DNA from: Phoronis australis
Lineage: Eukaryota; Animalia; Phoronida
Direction: 5' to 3'
Assembly (NCBI GenBank): GCA_002633005.1
Contig: NMRA01000098.1
Location: forward strand, 168,384 to 232,383
DNA length: 64,000 bases
Position 1 is the first letter of the stretch. The number at the start of each line of letters is the position of its first letter. The notes below the pieces were generated by a model, which made no database searches, was not told where the DNA came from, and saw nothing but the letters and a program-made list of their open reading frames with translations. Positions 39,801 through 54,800 of this stretch are shown one piece after another. A program made the translations under genes and the position numbers.

Positions 39801-42800
39801 GTGGAATCCAAATTCATTGCCATAGTAATCTTTACTTGTGACTGAGAGTGAAGAGAAATTAAGAAAAAAACGTTTAGTAAAACTGCACCATTCTGCAATT
39901 AGAATTTTGCCTCTGTAATAGTTATAAGCAGACATTTTTTGCAGAATTAGCCGTCATGACGGGTGAATGGTATGTTGTCTGATTACCATTTGTTTTGTAT
40001 TTACTCCTGGCCAGTGAATTAACTGCTGTAACTAATGGAACAACATGCACAAACATTCAGAAAGAGATAAGAATTAGATCAGTTTATCATTAAAATTTGA
40101 GGTTATCATGACTGGGTGTGTTGGTGAATGACATAATCAATTGAGACAAATGCTGCAGTTGAATCGAGATATGTGTAAGAGATTGGTGCGAGTAATTCAA
40201 TTTATAGGTCATTTCAGAAGTTATGACTGGTGCTGCAGTTATAAAATGACATTGTGTATTTGGACATTTATGTCTTAAACACATGCGGGTTCAAACTACA
40301 TCCAGGTTTTGGGGTAACAGAAGAGTAAGACCTAGCCTAGTTCCATTTTACCTTTTCAGACTTACCAGATAGGAACTGTCATGTTTTCTGTGATGGATCT
40401 CATATCGGCAGACAATAATCGCCTTCGACTAACAATTACGAACAGTGAACAACTCTCCGTTGGTCACGTCATCATCATGGCGTGGGGAGATGACATTCAA
40501 GGTGACCTTGCCGCAGCATCCAGACCAAATAGTAAGGTGAGCAGAAATGCAATGTGTATGAAACACGAGAATCTACACCACAATTTGTTACGGAGAGACT
40601 ATATGTTTGCTTTGTTTGTCATCTCCAGGTCGGAGACGCATGTAGAAAGTTAATTTCAATAAAAATTGCAGGAACACAAGTCGGCTACATCTGTAATAGT
40701 ATTGTTGTTATGCAGGAGTTACTAAATATTAAATGAGCATTGCTGTGAGACCAGATACTGCCATCTGAGTCATTTCACTATTTGCGATGGACTTATTTGC
40801 TTCTTTGTACCTGGGAGCAACAATGAGTCAATCAACATTTTTCAACTTAATGCCATGGTGCATCACAAACATACTAACCTGTTTCAGTTCAGTATTATAG
40901 TTGTCTCTGCTTGCCAAGAGTTCACACTTTTACAGTTTATTTCCTAATAAATCATTTATGGAGGTTTTATGCCCAGTCGCTGCTAAGATCATCGCGGGTA
41001 GATGATGGAGCAAACATTGTGTTTTTCATTAGAGTGGATCATTGTGACTAAACTGTAAATTCCTTGGACCTTTCTTCGTATTCACATAATAACAACCATG
41101 TATTCACATAATAACAACCATGGTCATGAACCTCAGTGAACGGAGTGATAGCACATGTGTAAGATATGACATTCTTAGTTACAACTGGGACATGTAGCCT
41201 CTTATGATATGAGCCCTGATTGCATTAATATTTTACAATCATTGGTGACAAGGACACGTCACAGCAGTCTGACACAAAAGCTATTGTCGTGAATTGAATT
41301 TAGCCAGTGAGCGTAGCTGAATGTTGAATGCTATCCACAACTGTAGTTTAATATGAGAACACTTTTCCTGGTGGTTCTTCACATCTCTGTGATACCTTGT
41401 CTTGTTGTTCCTTCGAAGAATTCACCTGCACCACAAAGATCACCCAGGAAGAGAGAGAAAACAAAACGAAGAGATATGCTCAGACCTCTCTACAACAACA
41501 TTATGGCTAAGTCTTTCCGCTTCCCAGCAACAGATGGCACTGAGATCAGCGTTTCTGAGTACCTCGGAGAAAGCAAGCTGTGCTTTTATCTACCTCAGCA
41601 GTTTCTGTTAGTTTTTTTGATATTTTTTTAGTTAAAGCTTCAGCAAGTAGTAACGAGTGACTGCTTATTGGTAACGAGTGACTGCTTATTGGTAACGAGT
41701 GACTGGTTATTGGTAATGAGTGACTGGTTATTGGTAACGAGTGACTGGTTATTGGTAACGAGTGACTGGTTATTGGTAACGAGTGACTGCTTATTGGTAA
41801 CGAGTGACTGCTTATTGGTAACGAGTGACTGCTTATTGGTAACGAGTGACTGCTTATTGGTAACGAGTGACTGGTTATTAGTATAATGGATTGAAAATGG
41901 TGTCTTCAGAGTCACACATAGCTGTGACACTGCGCAAAGAGATTTCACTGAATGAAACAAAAGAAGGGGATGATGTAGTAGGGTATAGACATGCCAGTTC
42001 TGGCTCGTGGAAAAGTGTTTAATGAGCAAAATAATAAATGTTTAGTTGACCTTAATGGATGAGTTTGTGTGAAGGATTTATTTTGTGCACTGTATTTTTT
42101 GCTAATATATGTTTTGATTTGTAGAAAACTGTGGATTGAAGAAGAAGTTGCAAAAATCAAAGAAATCCAGAGCTTAGGAGAGGTAAGGACCATTCTAATT
42201 CCTGTCTTATTGGCAAGCCCTGTGTATAACTCTCAGAATTTAGTCAGTATTTTCAGCAGTGGGACTCTTTTAAAAATAATGTAATTTGAAATTTTTGATG
42301 AATTTATAGAGTATTGAGCATGACCTTGTATCGTTACACAGAAGGTAATTTTTAGATCTTTAGAATAATTTTTACAGTACATGTTCTGATTGAGACTGTA
42401 ACTGACCAGTTGCTAGTACACACCAAATGATTTCCCTGTTGGCGTGTTTAATCTTGTGTATTTTGACTCAATCTTAGCTAACTGGTGAATGGGAGGCTAT
42501 CCGACAAGATACTCTTCACAACCAACAGGCGGTGCTAGATGTCTATACACAGAACTTGCGGTTTATCACAAACATTGCAGAGTCCGATAATCCGGGTACA
42601 TTGTATGGTGTTTTGTCTTTAGTGACCTCTGTTGCTTGTCTTGTTCATAACTAAGCTGTTGCTTTATTGTTTTCCCAACTCCTTTTTAACTGGTCTTTGT
42701 AGATCAATTTTTGTCTACTTTTTATATTTACCATTGTGTCGGTGACTCTGCGTGTCGTCCTGGTTTTGCAGTAGTTTCTTTACAAAGATGCTATGCCATT

Positions 42801-45800
42801 CTAATTCAGTGAATATTGGACTAAAATATTTGTAATGCACTTGACTGATACGTTACATATTGCATCCGATTTGACAAATCAATTTTCCTCATTGAGAACT
42901 ACTTTGCATGATTGAGCTACTTTTAATATTCTTTGACTGGCATCCCCTTAAAACACAATTTGAATGAAATTCTGTTTTGGGCTCATATGAAATTCAAAGC
43001 TGTCCTCTGTTTATTTAACCCAGTTGATGCGACTTTGCAAGTGAGAGTATGTGTGCATGTGTTTGTGTGTGCGCCTGTGTGTGTGCACCTGTCTGAGTGT
43101 GTGTGCGCTGTTACATAATATTATATATTTACAGCAATGACTCACATGCATACTCATGGTTGCTATGCTCTTAAACACACTATACCTTGAAACCATTCTT
43201 TGAATGAGCATGGCGTAGCATCTTCAGCCGTGTCCAGATGTTTAATATTTGACTGGTGTCAACATGTACATTTTGGAAAAAAGTTGCTTTGCACATGTGC
43301 GCGAGCAAGCTGCTGATAATTATTTTCTACTTTTTCGCCAATATATTTAACGAGAGTAACCTCATCAGTCTAAAAGCTGCTTTCCATGAAGCCCCTAAAT
43401 TTATTCACACCACATTTACTGCATGTCACACTTTCAAGCTACTGCTCAGTACAGACAAGCAAAACACTATTACTGCAATACTTATAATCTGCTAGCCAAT
43501 ACACGACTGATAAGGACCTCACAAGTGACCACTGTCTAGACCACTGTCTAGACCGCTGTCTAGACCGCTGTCTAGACCGCTGTCTAGACCGCTGTCTAGA
43601 CCGCTGTCTAGACCACTGTCTAGACCGCTTCATTACGCTGTTCTTGACACTTCGTCCACGTGGGCATTTCCTTTGGGACAAGTTGATTGTGCACTATTAG
43701 TGAAAAAGGTGGGGCAAATACTTTACTCCAGTATCAAGTTGCACCTGGTCAATGTCTGTCCACATGGTCACTTATGTCCACTCATTTTGGTTTCCCCTAT
43801 GGCAGATGACCATCTGGACACAGCTTTTTGTTTGTTTTCAAATTTTGAATTAACAGTCGATTTCTTGGTTCCAGGCTTGGCGACTGGCCATTTGCAAGGC
43901 TTTTTCTCCTTTGGCTAACTCACCCCAATAGCCCCGTCTTTCTGTGTGTTCACTTGTCTTTCTATATTGTACATGTGCTTAGCTTAATAACGCGTGGACA
44001 TCGATTCGTGAGGAACATCTCGAGTGCTTATACAACAGGCTGATGCTTTATCATGACAGAATCAAAATGATTGTGGAACTTTGTGGAGGTTTGTGGTCGA
44101 GAGTTTATGTTTGGCATCTGTCTTGAGAATGTTATGACTTGTGGCCATCGTCCATGGAGATAAGATTTGTGAAAAGCAGCATGCATTTGATAACAGGCTT
44201 TCGTATCTGATAGTTAAATATTTTAGATATCACATTCAAAATAAATATATCACTTCTCCACCTCTGCCCGTGGTCACTTTTGCAATTTGCTTCTTTACTA
44301 CAGACACATGATGGTGAAGCACTTAGTCTTTAGTAATGTCTTAAACATTCCTTGGCTAACTTTGAGCAAGCTGGGGCTTATCACTAATTTAACATTTCCT
44401 TGCTTCCTTGCTAACCTTTCACTGGTAAGCTTAAACAATGTTGCTCAAGAATAATAGTTAGAAATGTAGATAAGGCATTCCTGCAGATCTTGTAAGCTCA
44501 TTGGGCCTGTCACCTTTTCCAACATTGAAGTCCAAGCTTGAAAAACCTTGCCCTCTTGATAAGCATTGTTCTCCAAGGTAGAATAAGCTTGCTGGTAAGC
44601 AGTGTAATTAAAGCTTGCCTCATACCTGTCATATTGAACACATACAGTAAGCTGATCAATCTCAAACAACCTTGGAATCTGTGTGACATGGAAATACTGG
44701 TATGAAACAGTAAATTTAAAATTAAAATAATTATTATACTCATCGTTTTATCAATTTGAATTCGTACTGTCTTAAGGAGTTCACAACTTGATGTCAGCAT
44801 TTGATTTTGAATATTGGTAGGTTCAACTTGCATTTCTGTCAGAAGATTTGTATACAAACGGACAGTTTCGTGTGGACAAGTTTAGGAAAGACATTGTTGG
44901 ATTCACACACTGAACATGATCATTTTTTAAATAAGGGGAAAGGAAATTCAACATTGTGTGACGACCAAATTTAAGCTTGGTCAACAAGGTTCTCAGGAAT
45001 ATGTGGCTTGCTTGAAAGTGCTAAACCAGCAATGGTTAAATATCTTGGTAGGACAAAAAGCTTGAATAATATTGGTCAAGCTTGAATAATATTTGCCAAG
45101 CTTGAATAATATTTGCCAAGCTTGAATAATATCAGTTCGCTTGAACATGAAGACGTTAATTTCCACTTTGAAAAAAAGTTACTGAGAAAAGATTATTCAA
45201 GCTTGTCAAATTTAGTGTCGCATTAGAAATTTGGAATATTGTGAATATGGTGTCTTACCATTAATTTGCTTAATAGTTTTTACCTCTTGTTTCTTATGGT
45301 CAAAAACAAGAAATCAAAACTGAGTGTTAACAATGCAACAAAGTATTGTGTGAGTTTTGAAAAAGCCAACTCTTTCATGTACTACTTAATATCTTGTTTC
45401 TAGCCATGACCTTCAAAGCAAGTTCGAAGAAAGCCAGCAAGGAATTAGAGTTCTTACCATTAAATCTTCACTTACAGAGGTTCTGGGTGTCAAATGAAGA
45501 AACAAAGAAATGTAAGATGTATTTGGTTCAACTATGATGCTGTGCTTTGGGTGTTAATAAAGTTAACATAGCGAAAAAGGGAACAATGTGATGTGGTGTA
45601 GAAGTAATTATCAGGGCTTGGAGTTTTCCTCTTTTAGCGGGATTTCCTCTTTTGGTTTCAATTTCCTCTTACTTGATTTTCAGTTTCTTCTTTTCTTGTC
45701 TTTTTATTTTGACTTTTTTCATGTAAAAACATTCATTTCAGTTAAATTTTACAACACAAAAAATAATATCTATCATACAAGCCTATTTGTTTGTGGAATG

Positions 45801-48800
45801 ATACATCACCGGGAAACATTTCCTCTGGTCATTGGTCATTCCAAGCCCTGAATTATTGTAAAATCACCTATAAGAACTTCATATGCAGTGAACACTATTT
45901 TGTTTTGCTATCAAAAATGTTATAAAATGAACAATTTTTGTGACAGCTTTAAGGTTATGTAGGACCCTAAAAATGAACAAATTTTGAAAACTTCGGAACA
46001 TCATATCTCAGAAATGGCGGATTGGAACTTTCAGATACCTTGCTTTATGCACTGTTTTCCAAATCACTAGAATTATTGTATTAATAAAATGTTCCACTTT
46101 TGCATGAGGGGTCACTAAAAAGGACTGAATTATGTGATTTTTATGAGAACTATTTAAAGCTGCATGAAACAAAACAACGATTTAGAAAACTTAGCAGCAT
46201 TTTTAGCTTTCATCTTCAACGTTGATATTAAACAAAATTAGGCCATGTTGCTGATAAAAAAATGCAGTTTTGCTATCGATGTACCTTCCTTTTTTGCTAA
46301 ATTTTACAAAAAATATATGGCATGTGACCCAATTTAAATTTAACAAAATGTCAGGCATCAAATTCTACAGGCTTTCCACTTTTAGAAATTATGTACTTTT
46401 TTACAGACTGTTTTGTGTATGTTTGGTTAAAAACAAAGGCCTGTCTATAAGGTCGTGCTAACCTTAACAACAACAATGTAATTACACCTGTCAAGTGTAT
46501 TTCTTCGCACAACAAACAGTCACACTACAGACACTTGTCATTGGAGTCTTTCTTGTATAATGCTTAGATCGGTGCTGCTAACGTGTTTTTTTCAGTCTTG
46601 GGGAAGTTGACTTTACTGCGTTATCCAATGTTATTTTAGTTGTATTGTCTCATGGTGAACTGTAGGACAAGTAGTATGACTATTGTGGTGGGACGTGAAT
46701 CTGTTTCAGTGACTATTCTTGTTGTGTTTTGTTTTGTTTTGTTTTGATTGCAGTTCTATCATAAGAAATTGTTCAAATTCGTATTTGAATTCTGTTTATG
46801 AGTACAGAATATACAAAAAGATGGATCAATACAAATTTAAGGAAATGAAGGAAATGCCAGGAACCTGTTGAGCAATGTTTTTTTTTTGTCGGTAGTAATA
46901 GATTTATACTACAGTAAACGTTCTCCAATTTGGGACAGTCTCTATAATTCCGAACATGGAAACTTCCACAAAAATTGAATTTTCTTGATTTTGGAATTTG
47001 CGACAAGAGTCATTAATTTTTTTGTGTTCACTATTATTTCTCAACTCTTGTTTTCAGTCTATAGAGTGGGTAACTTTGACATCTTTCGGTTATTCTGGAA
47101 TTTGGGATGGCCAATATTGCTTATGTCTAGAATTTGGGAATAGCGCCGAACTTGAGAAAAATAATTAGTTTTTCACATCCTAAAGTGGAGAATTTTTACC
47201 ATACCTCAGCTGACAAAGAGCATGTGGCTTGCATTGCCTGCGTTCGTTTATCTTGTGCTTCTAGTTGACTGAGTGCATATTAACTGCTTGCATTCTTATT
47301 TGAACCATCACTATTAAAACAATTTTATTTACAGCCGGGTGCTATGATACAGTTACGGTTGGGGCTTTCACTGCTTACCCCCACAAGTACAAAAGTGGCG
47401 GTCTGAAGAGACTTCTCTTGCAACAAGAAGGGGAGCTGGCGTCATCATCGTCACATGCTCAACACCACAGGGTTAGTTGTTATTTGTAATTACTTGTAAT
47501 TTTGCAACATTTTCAGAACACCTGCTTTAAAATTTTATTTCTTCTTGCTTACACTGTACTCAACAATGGTCAGAGAGCAAAATAACCCTGAATTACCCTA
47601 CTATGGGTTGAGAACAAATTAGTGTAATTCACAGTCGTATTCTAAGTACCTGTCTGTCATGATTAGGAATGACACGAAATTAGCTGGAATGCTAACAACT
47701 TAAGGTGAACGTGTTGGTCATTAGTTTGGTCTTTGATGAACTAACAAGTCTTTGTACATCCACTTTGGGCTTGGAGGTGGTAACTAGTTGGCCTAGAATT
47801 TTCCAGATGGTTGTTCAACTGCGCACAAAAACCTGGGCAATTAAAAGTGAAAGGTGGTATTGATTGTCTAAAAACACTGTTAATATGCTGAAATGGATAT
47901 TCAGTACAATTTGTGAACCGAAAAAAACTTAGCACTGCTTGGTGATTATGAACTTGAGCCAAAATTCAGAGAACCCCAAACAGCATAGCATAGTATAAAA
48001 AGCCTTCTCTTTGGTCTATTTTTTGTAAGTTGACTTTGTGTGTGGTAAAACACTTCTGTTTGGGACCAAATGTGGCAAACAGGCAGTATTTCTTTTTTTG
48101 TCAAATTTCTCAGCAAAAGTAGCCTTCCTTCATTGTTGTCTCAGTTTGTGTAGCACAGCTGTCAACAAGCACAAAGTTTTGAGCATTTCCAGAATCCAAT
48201 AATCAATTTTGGCAAATATTTTTGTCCTACTTTGGATTTTACGGTGGTCTATTTTTGTTTACCAGGGTAAAAGCAAGACATCCAGAATGGTTGAGCTTAT
48301 GAGTAATATTGTAAGCCTGAGGAAGTCTGTGCTGTTCCACTGTGAGAGTGTGACACGTGCTGCCCTCAAGAGAGAACCTGAGGCTTTAAATGATGCCATT
48401 ACAGATCTGACAGATAATGTAAGGCGTAGTTTCGTTTTGCTTGTAATTATGTCATGTGAACTTAACTGAGCTTAGTGCCATTAGAGGGAGTAAGTTGTGA
48501 CTGAGGTCAAAGGTTACTGAGGGATGTTGGGTAATGTTTTTTATGTATCAGGTGCATTGTTGGTGTACATAATCTTGAAAACCTCAGTTTGTGTTTGGTA
48601 GGACAGAGAGGATTCAGTGGGATTCGTGTAGTTTCTTTCTAGGGAAGTATACCATGACGGCGTTCTCCTGTTCAGTGACTGAACCAGATGTAGAGGGTTG
48701 TGAGCATGTGATAACATATCTAGCTCCTTTGTGAACTGCCAAGCACAGTGTTTTATCTGGTATGACAACAGGCAGGCCAATTATCTACCAGGCTTATTAC

Positions 48801-51800
48801 AGACCAGGTGTGAACACAATCAAACCCAGAGCAAATTGGTATACGTTTGGAAAGAATAGATTGTCGTAACTTTGGTTGTAGTTGGGCAATTTTGGCGATT
48901 CAAAAACTAAACATGATCAGCATCTGATGAGGAATTCAGAAATGCTATTGGTTTATGTTCAAATATGTTATAACTTAATTTTTAACCTCACAGCCCAGTC
49001 AGGCTAGTTACGATCTTATTGGAGATTAGAGCAATTATCGAACAAAAGAGAGCTGGCCCTGACCAACCATAACTGCCAGAATGGAGTTAATCAGTCATGT
49101 AGGATATTTGCTACAGGGGTGTTCTTCCCAACTTGGGCTATAGAATGGAACAAGTTGGGATCAACGGGCAAATGCCGTAATGATGACTATGTTTCCGAGC
49201 CCTTATGATGGATTTTTAATAAGAAATTGGAGAAATATTGAAATGAAATCTAAAGTTTATGGTGAAAATTAAGCTGAAAAGTGATATATTTGGCCCATTT
49301 CATTCTTTTTGTCTTAGTACTTTAAAGCTAGTCATTTTTTACCCTCTCTTTTGGCGACCTTATCAGTACAACTTGAAAAAGTCACTCCAAGTTAATTTTA
49401 GGTTTTTGATGCACAAGAATTAGAGAAAACTGTTCTGACTTGATGAAATCATAAATCAAATTTTGCTCTATTAGATGGTTGGGAGTGGACGGACGAGCTA
49501 AAAGGACGCATGCTACTGATGGTGGTAACGGTTTTTTTTTTTAGTCCTCTCGATTTTTGTCGGCGTAAGGTTCACATCGACCATTTCAAGGCTGGGTTCC
49601 GCGCATGTTTTGGGCCGTAAAACTTTCCGCGTTTTTTGTCATTGGTCATTCCAAGCCCTGATTAGTCCAAACAAGCTGTTCTTTCTGGTTCCAGCATAAT
49701 GAATGCATTGAGTCTCATTGTTTTAGATGCGGCAACTCAATCTGGTATGTGAGAGTCCCATATTAGAGGAGGCTATAAATAGCTACTTTGCTGCCAAACC
49801 TGAAGTGCCTGCTGCCAACCCAGTTTTTGAGCCGGAGGCTGTCAGTCAAAGGTTGAGTGACGACCTGTCGGACTACGAGCCCAATTCACCAGAGAAGGAC
49901 TTGAAGTGGAATGGTTGTGAATTTGTTTTGAGTCCAACAGTAGAACCTTGGGTGAGTGCTATTTCAACAGTGTGTTGAGGATCTTGGTAGCATGAACCAG
50001 GACTTCTTCAGAAATGTCTGTTTCTCAACTAAGGTGATTTTGTGTCGACTCCACAAAAAGCCCACAGGGACCTCTTACAGAAAGAAATGGTGGGGCTTTT
50101 TCGAAAACTTGCATTGCTTACCATAGTGCCTTTATGGAGTAGTTGGCTTTGAATATGCTGTAAGATGGAGTCTGTAGTGACCGTGATTGAGGTTAAAAAG
50201 TTCAACTCAGTGGTTGCGACATCAGACGTGGTGGTTTGTATCTTCTACTTTGATTTCAACTTTGGTTGACATGAGTTAAATACAAGACACATTTCACTTT
50301 GTTGGCATTTTATATCTCGGTGACTCCTTGATTGACAGGTCATCAATGAACTTGGAATGTTTTAACAATCTGCTTAATGACAAAAATTGAGACTAGAGAG
50401 AAAAATATGCCATTTTGCCTCATTTTCCATTCCTTGGTCCCGTGCCAGAAATGCGAAACAATCTCGAAAGAGCGCTCATGGGATATTTTTGATCTTTGTT
50501 TCCAAAAGAGCACCCAAGGAGGTTTTATGTTGGTGCTGGCTCTTTCAGAGATCCCCTGTAGTTGTTTGCGGGGAGATTATTGGCTTGTTATCATCATGTT
50601 TCTTTTCCATGCATCTGACTCACATGTTCTAAGACCTGCAGGGGGTAACGTAATTTGTTAGAACACTCTGAATATTGCAGCACATCCCCATTTCAAAATT
50701 TTTCATTTTTGTACAACAAACATTACTTTAAAGTAACCAGTCTTATTCTTTTCTTTGCAAGATTCAATATTTGTAGCAAATTTCATAAGAAAAGCCCAAG
50801 TGCTAGGAAAGCTTTCATTCGTCTATTGACTAACTTTGATCCTGCCCTGTTATTAGTCATTTTTGGACAACCATATTCTTCAAGCAAATTTTTATATATG
50901 GTCAATCTTAACAATTACTATTATTTAAAGTGAAGCACTCACAAAGCATGTTCAGATAGTATGATACCTACAACCATTTTAATCACAAATTCATTCAACG
51001 AGCGTTGTCCTCCTGTGCTTTCCTCCTCCCCTTAGGATGTGACTCGGGTAAACGCTGAAGCTGCCCTCGTCTGCACTGTCTCCGCAGTGGAAGAACTGGT
51101 CACTAACAAAGCAGAGACCCATCTGACCTTTGCCTGGCTAGAGGAGATGACCCCTTGCATAGCCAAACTGAAGTCGTGTGTTGACGTCATGTGCCGCCGC
51201 GCCATACTAGGACTGACATTTATGAATCTGAAGGTTAGAGCTGTGTTTAATTATTATAAAATACTTCAAGGCAGTACAACTTATTAAAATGAGATTTTAG
51301 GATTGTTTAATGTACAGTTGGTGTAATTTTATCCTTGAATTTTATTTTTTTCATCCATATATCATAAATGACTTCAGAATTTTTGGCACTTGCTGTGTGA
51401 TGTTGCCTTGTGAATGGTAGGTGGTGCTACACGCTGTATGTCAATTTTGGATTACTAACTCAATTTAAAGCTTATTTCATCCAGGATTGTATTTGTCTAA
51501 TTTCAGGATTGTATTTGTCTAATTTTCTGTTTTATGACATTATACTACTTTTAGTGTTTCTTATTGGGAAGAAAGTTCTACTGTTCTTGGACAAAGTGTT
51601 GTAGGTGATCGAGTTATTTAATAATGATAATAACGATAAGTGGGCTTTGATTTATCAATAGTGCTAGTTTTAGTCTACCTGTATATTTCTGCAACTTCCA
51701 TCAAACTGGCTTACAGTGGAAAGGTATAGTTACCATATACCCTAATACGCACATGTGCTGTATCCAAAAATGGAAGAATTGAATGTTACTTAGTTCTTAA

Positions 51801-54800
51801 TTGTGATTTAATTTTTCAAAACATTTTTAGTGAATACTTTTAAAAATAATATACATAACTCTTTCTGAATTTTTATTCAAAGTGTCACAAAAACAGTGCA
51901 CACCAATGTCGTAGTCAAACAGTAAAATATGATAACCAACCTTAATTTTTCAAAACCTTTGTCAGCAAAGAATTCAGTGACATGGTTTGTGCATCCCTGG
52001 CAAAAGTGACGAGGTACGCCCCTGTAGAGGTCAGTGGAAATACCTTATGTTTCCATGAAGTTCCAATCAAATCTACATTAGATCAACAACAGCAGTGTTT
52101 TAGGGCTTCTGCTTTGCCTCCATTTAAATTACCATGATAAATAATGTGACAATACATTTGCGTTCATCTCGTTATTCCTCATTAAACTATGGCCAAAATG
52201 TCACCCTGTTTTAGCTTTCATACTTTGCTAATGATCGTCTTTTGTTCTGCATCTCGTACTCTCTCAATTTTCTTACGTGTAATGTTTGTTTTACTTCATC
52301 AGGATGGAGGCAAGAATGTAATGCTGAAGTATCAGATAAAACACCGGAGAGATGTTGTCTTCTCTCAAGCAGTGAGTCTCATTTTTGCTTCATTTCAATT
52401 TATTAATTTTGGTTAAATAATCAGTTTGAATAACCTTATTTGCGCGCCACTGTACAAGTCTGAAGAAAACGGACAAAATTACCCACTATTCCCTGTAATG
52501 ACAGGTGAGCATAACCACAATTCCTCACTACTGTGGCGGTCAGCGTAAGCGGAATTGACCATAGCTTTCCGTTATGACAGGGAACGAAAGTGACCACTGC
52601 AAAGCTAATAAAGTGGATAGCTATTCACTATTCCTATATTTCGGATGCGATCGGTCGTAAACAAATCTTTTAAAATCTTTAAAGATGCAGTGTGTTACAA
52701 GGGCAAGTCATCGTCACTCTACTACATGTGAGATTTGCCATTTATGCGGAACATTGCGTTGAATTAAAATTAATACAATGCACATGTACTGTACATTAGG
52801 CATAAAGTTATGAAGAAATATATTCGATGTAGCACCCTAATGTTATTATCCGTTTGCACGATCCAGAATCAAGCATCATATTCAGAGATACCCACGTAGA
52901 TAGCGCATTTACTAGACTGAGAAAATTTAAGGTGGTCTGCCCCTCGTCAGACATATATTGATCCTAAGACTATGAATATTTTGCAAAATGGTTGCTGATT
53001 TCGTTAGTGATAATGATTTTGTGACTCACAACTTTTCTGTGCTCAGGGGCCTGTATTATTCCGGGGTTAAGCCTGCAGATTCTGTTAAGTGCTATCGAAA
53101 AACACGAAAGTTTGAGAAATTGAAAGGTATTAATAGTAGTGCTTTCATGGCTTTCACTGTGGCAATTAGAATTTTTTGTGGTAGGGATATAAACCCTAAA
53201 TGTACGGTGATAATCAAGTTGTTAACATAATGTGGCTTTAGTTAGTGTTCTGTACATAATGTACATTATTTGGAATTAGGTCAATGTGCTTTTACTGTGT
53301 ACATAATGAACTATTGTGACATCAGAAGATGAACCATTGTGGTGACATCAGAAGATGAACCATTGTGGTGACATCAGAAGATGAACCATTGTGGTGACAG
53401 AAGATTACAGCTGTGTGCCATGTTGGATCATTACCCATCATTTTCAGCAGGAATTAACCTGAAAAATCTGCAGGTGGAATTGGCTGTCATGACACAGAGA
53501 CAGTATTTTGTCTGCTTTTTGGCTTGTACTTTACGTAGACAGTTGCAATTAGTGATCAACATGTCTGGTAGATTCAGCAGCAGTGTTGTGTGCACTGCTC
53601 ACAATTTTGTAAATGGAGCCTAAACTGTTGGCTATTTGATGTGTCGTAAGGTGATAAGTTTCATGTTAAACTTAGTGTTGTTAAAACATCTAAGCATCAG
53701 GTTAAACGATCAGTATTTTACACTAAAACGTAAGTTCGGTCCATTCGAACTAAGAGAGCTCATTCGAGTTAGGCAAAATCCAACTTAGCCCAAGTGTCAA
53801 CTGTACGAACCAGAAAAACTAAAACTGCTGAACATTGTGGAAGTTAATCAAAACTTTCACTTACATATGTCTGACTTGTGCAAGTTTTATTGTGCTTCCT
53901 AATTTTCTAAAGCTTTCGTCAGTCTACTTCTCAAGTTTTTGCACCGTTTTCAATGAATGGTTCTTGCCAGTAACATAGAACATGAATACCTACTGTCTGT
54001 TTGAAGAATAGTGTTAAGACCAGCAGTTTGCATCCTATGTGAAATATCAAAAGAAAATAATCTTTCAATATCTTCACTTCAAAATTTAAAGCCTCTGTGG
54101 GCATATCTTCTACTACTTATAAATAAATAAAGACTGGTTTCAGAAGTGGTTTTTTGGCTTGAGAACAATTGGCACTTCGTGATTACACCATGAAACCATA
54201 CTGGTTGCTTAAAGATCCCTTGTTGTCATGTCAGCTACTTTCACCCAGTTGATAGCGGTAACAGACGGTCTGTTCGTTCCCAGTCCAGAAGGTACCTCTA
54301 ATCTGAGTTCAGAACCAGTAACAAGTCCTGTTGAATAACTTGCAGTAAATGGTCTAAATAAAAAACTAGACCGAGACGAAAGGTAAGTTACACAGTTCTT
54401 GCAATGTAGTTGTTAAGCCTTTGTTGGTACTTTGTGATTTTGTACACTGCTGCTGCTGTTGCTAGGTAACTGCCATCACAACGGGTTTCATCACCAAGCT
54501 CCGTAGCAACATGACCAATGAGACATTTCTACAACAACTATTCCAAGTGGGGGCATTGGTGCAGTTTGAGGGTCTGCTGTCGTGTCATGCTGATGAACTA
54601 GGAATGCTCGAGGATTTTATTGTGGGTGTCGACGATATGTGCAGTGTATCATTCAGATTAGTGCAATCGGCCAATAGTGAAGAGGTTATGCCTTCGGTCT
54701 CAGGACACAGGTGAGGGTGAGGGGTGAATGGGACAAGGGTTGGGGGCAGGGGTGTGGATGAGAAGGTGACACTGTGTTGTTTGTTATTGTTCAAGGTATA

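Noticed and set aside
41650-41880. Regular repeats as a possible CRISPR array
   Set aside because: Head-to-tail units with no unique spacers, in a spliceosomal intron, and no cas genes.
41640-42029. ORFs with (NKQSLVT)n and (VTSDCLL)n repeats
   Set aside because: Open only because the intronic 21-bp minisatellite lacks stops; the region lies between phase-matched INPP4 exons.
43439-43681. SR-like ORF (RQRS)n
   Set aside because: Translation of a 12-bp minisatellite with no splice or domain support.
44445-44857. Overlapping minus-strand ORFs in INPP4 intron 10
   Set aside because: No recognisable motif; region is rich in aagcttg repeats and looks repeat-derived.
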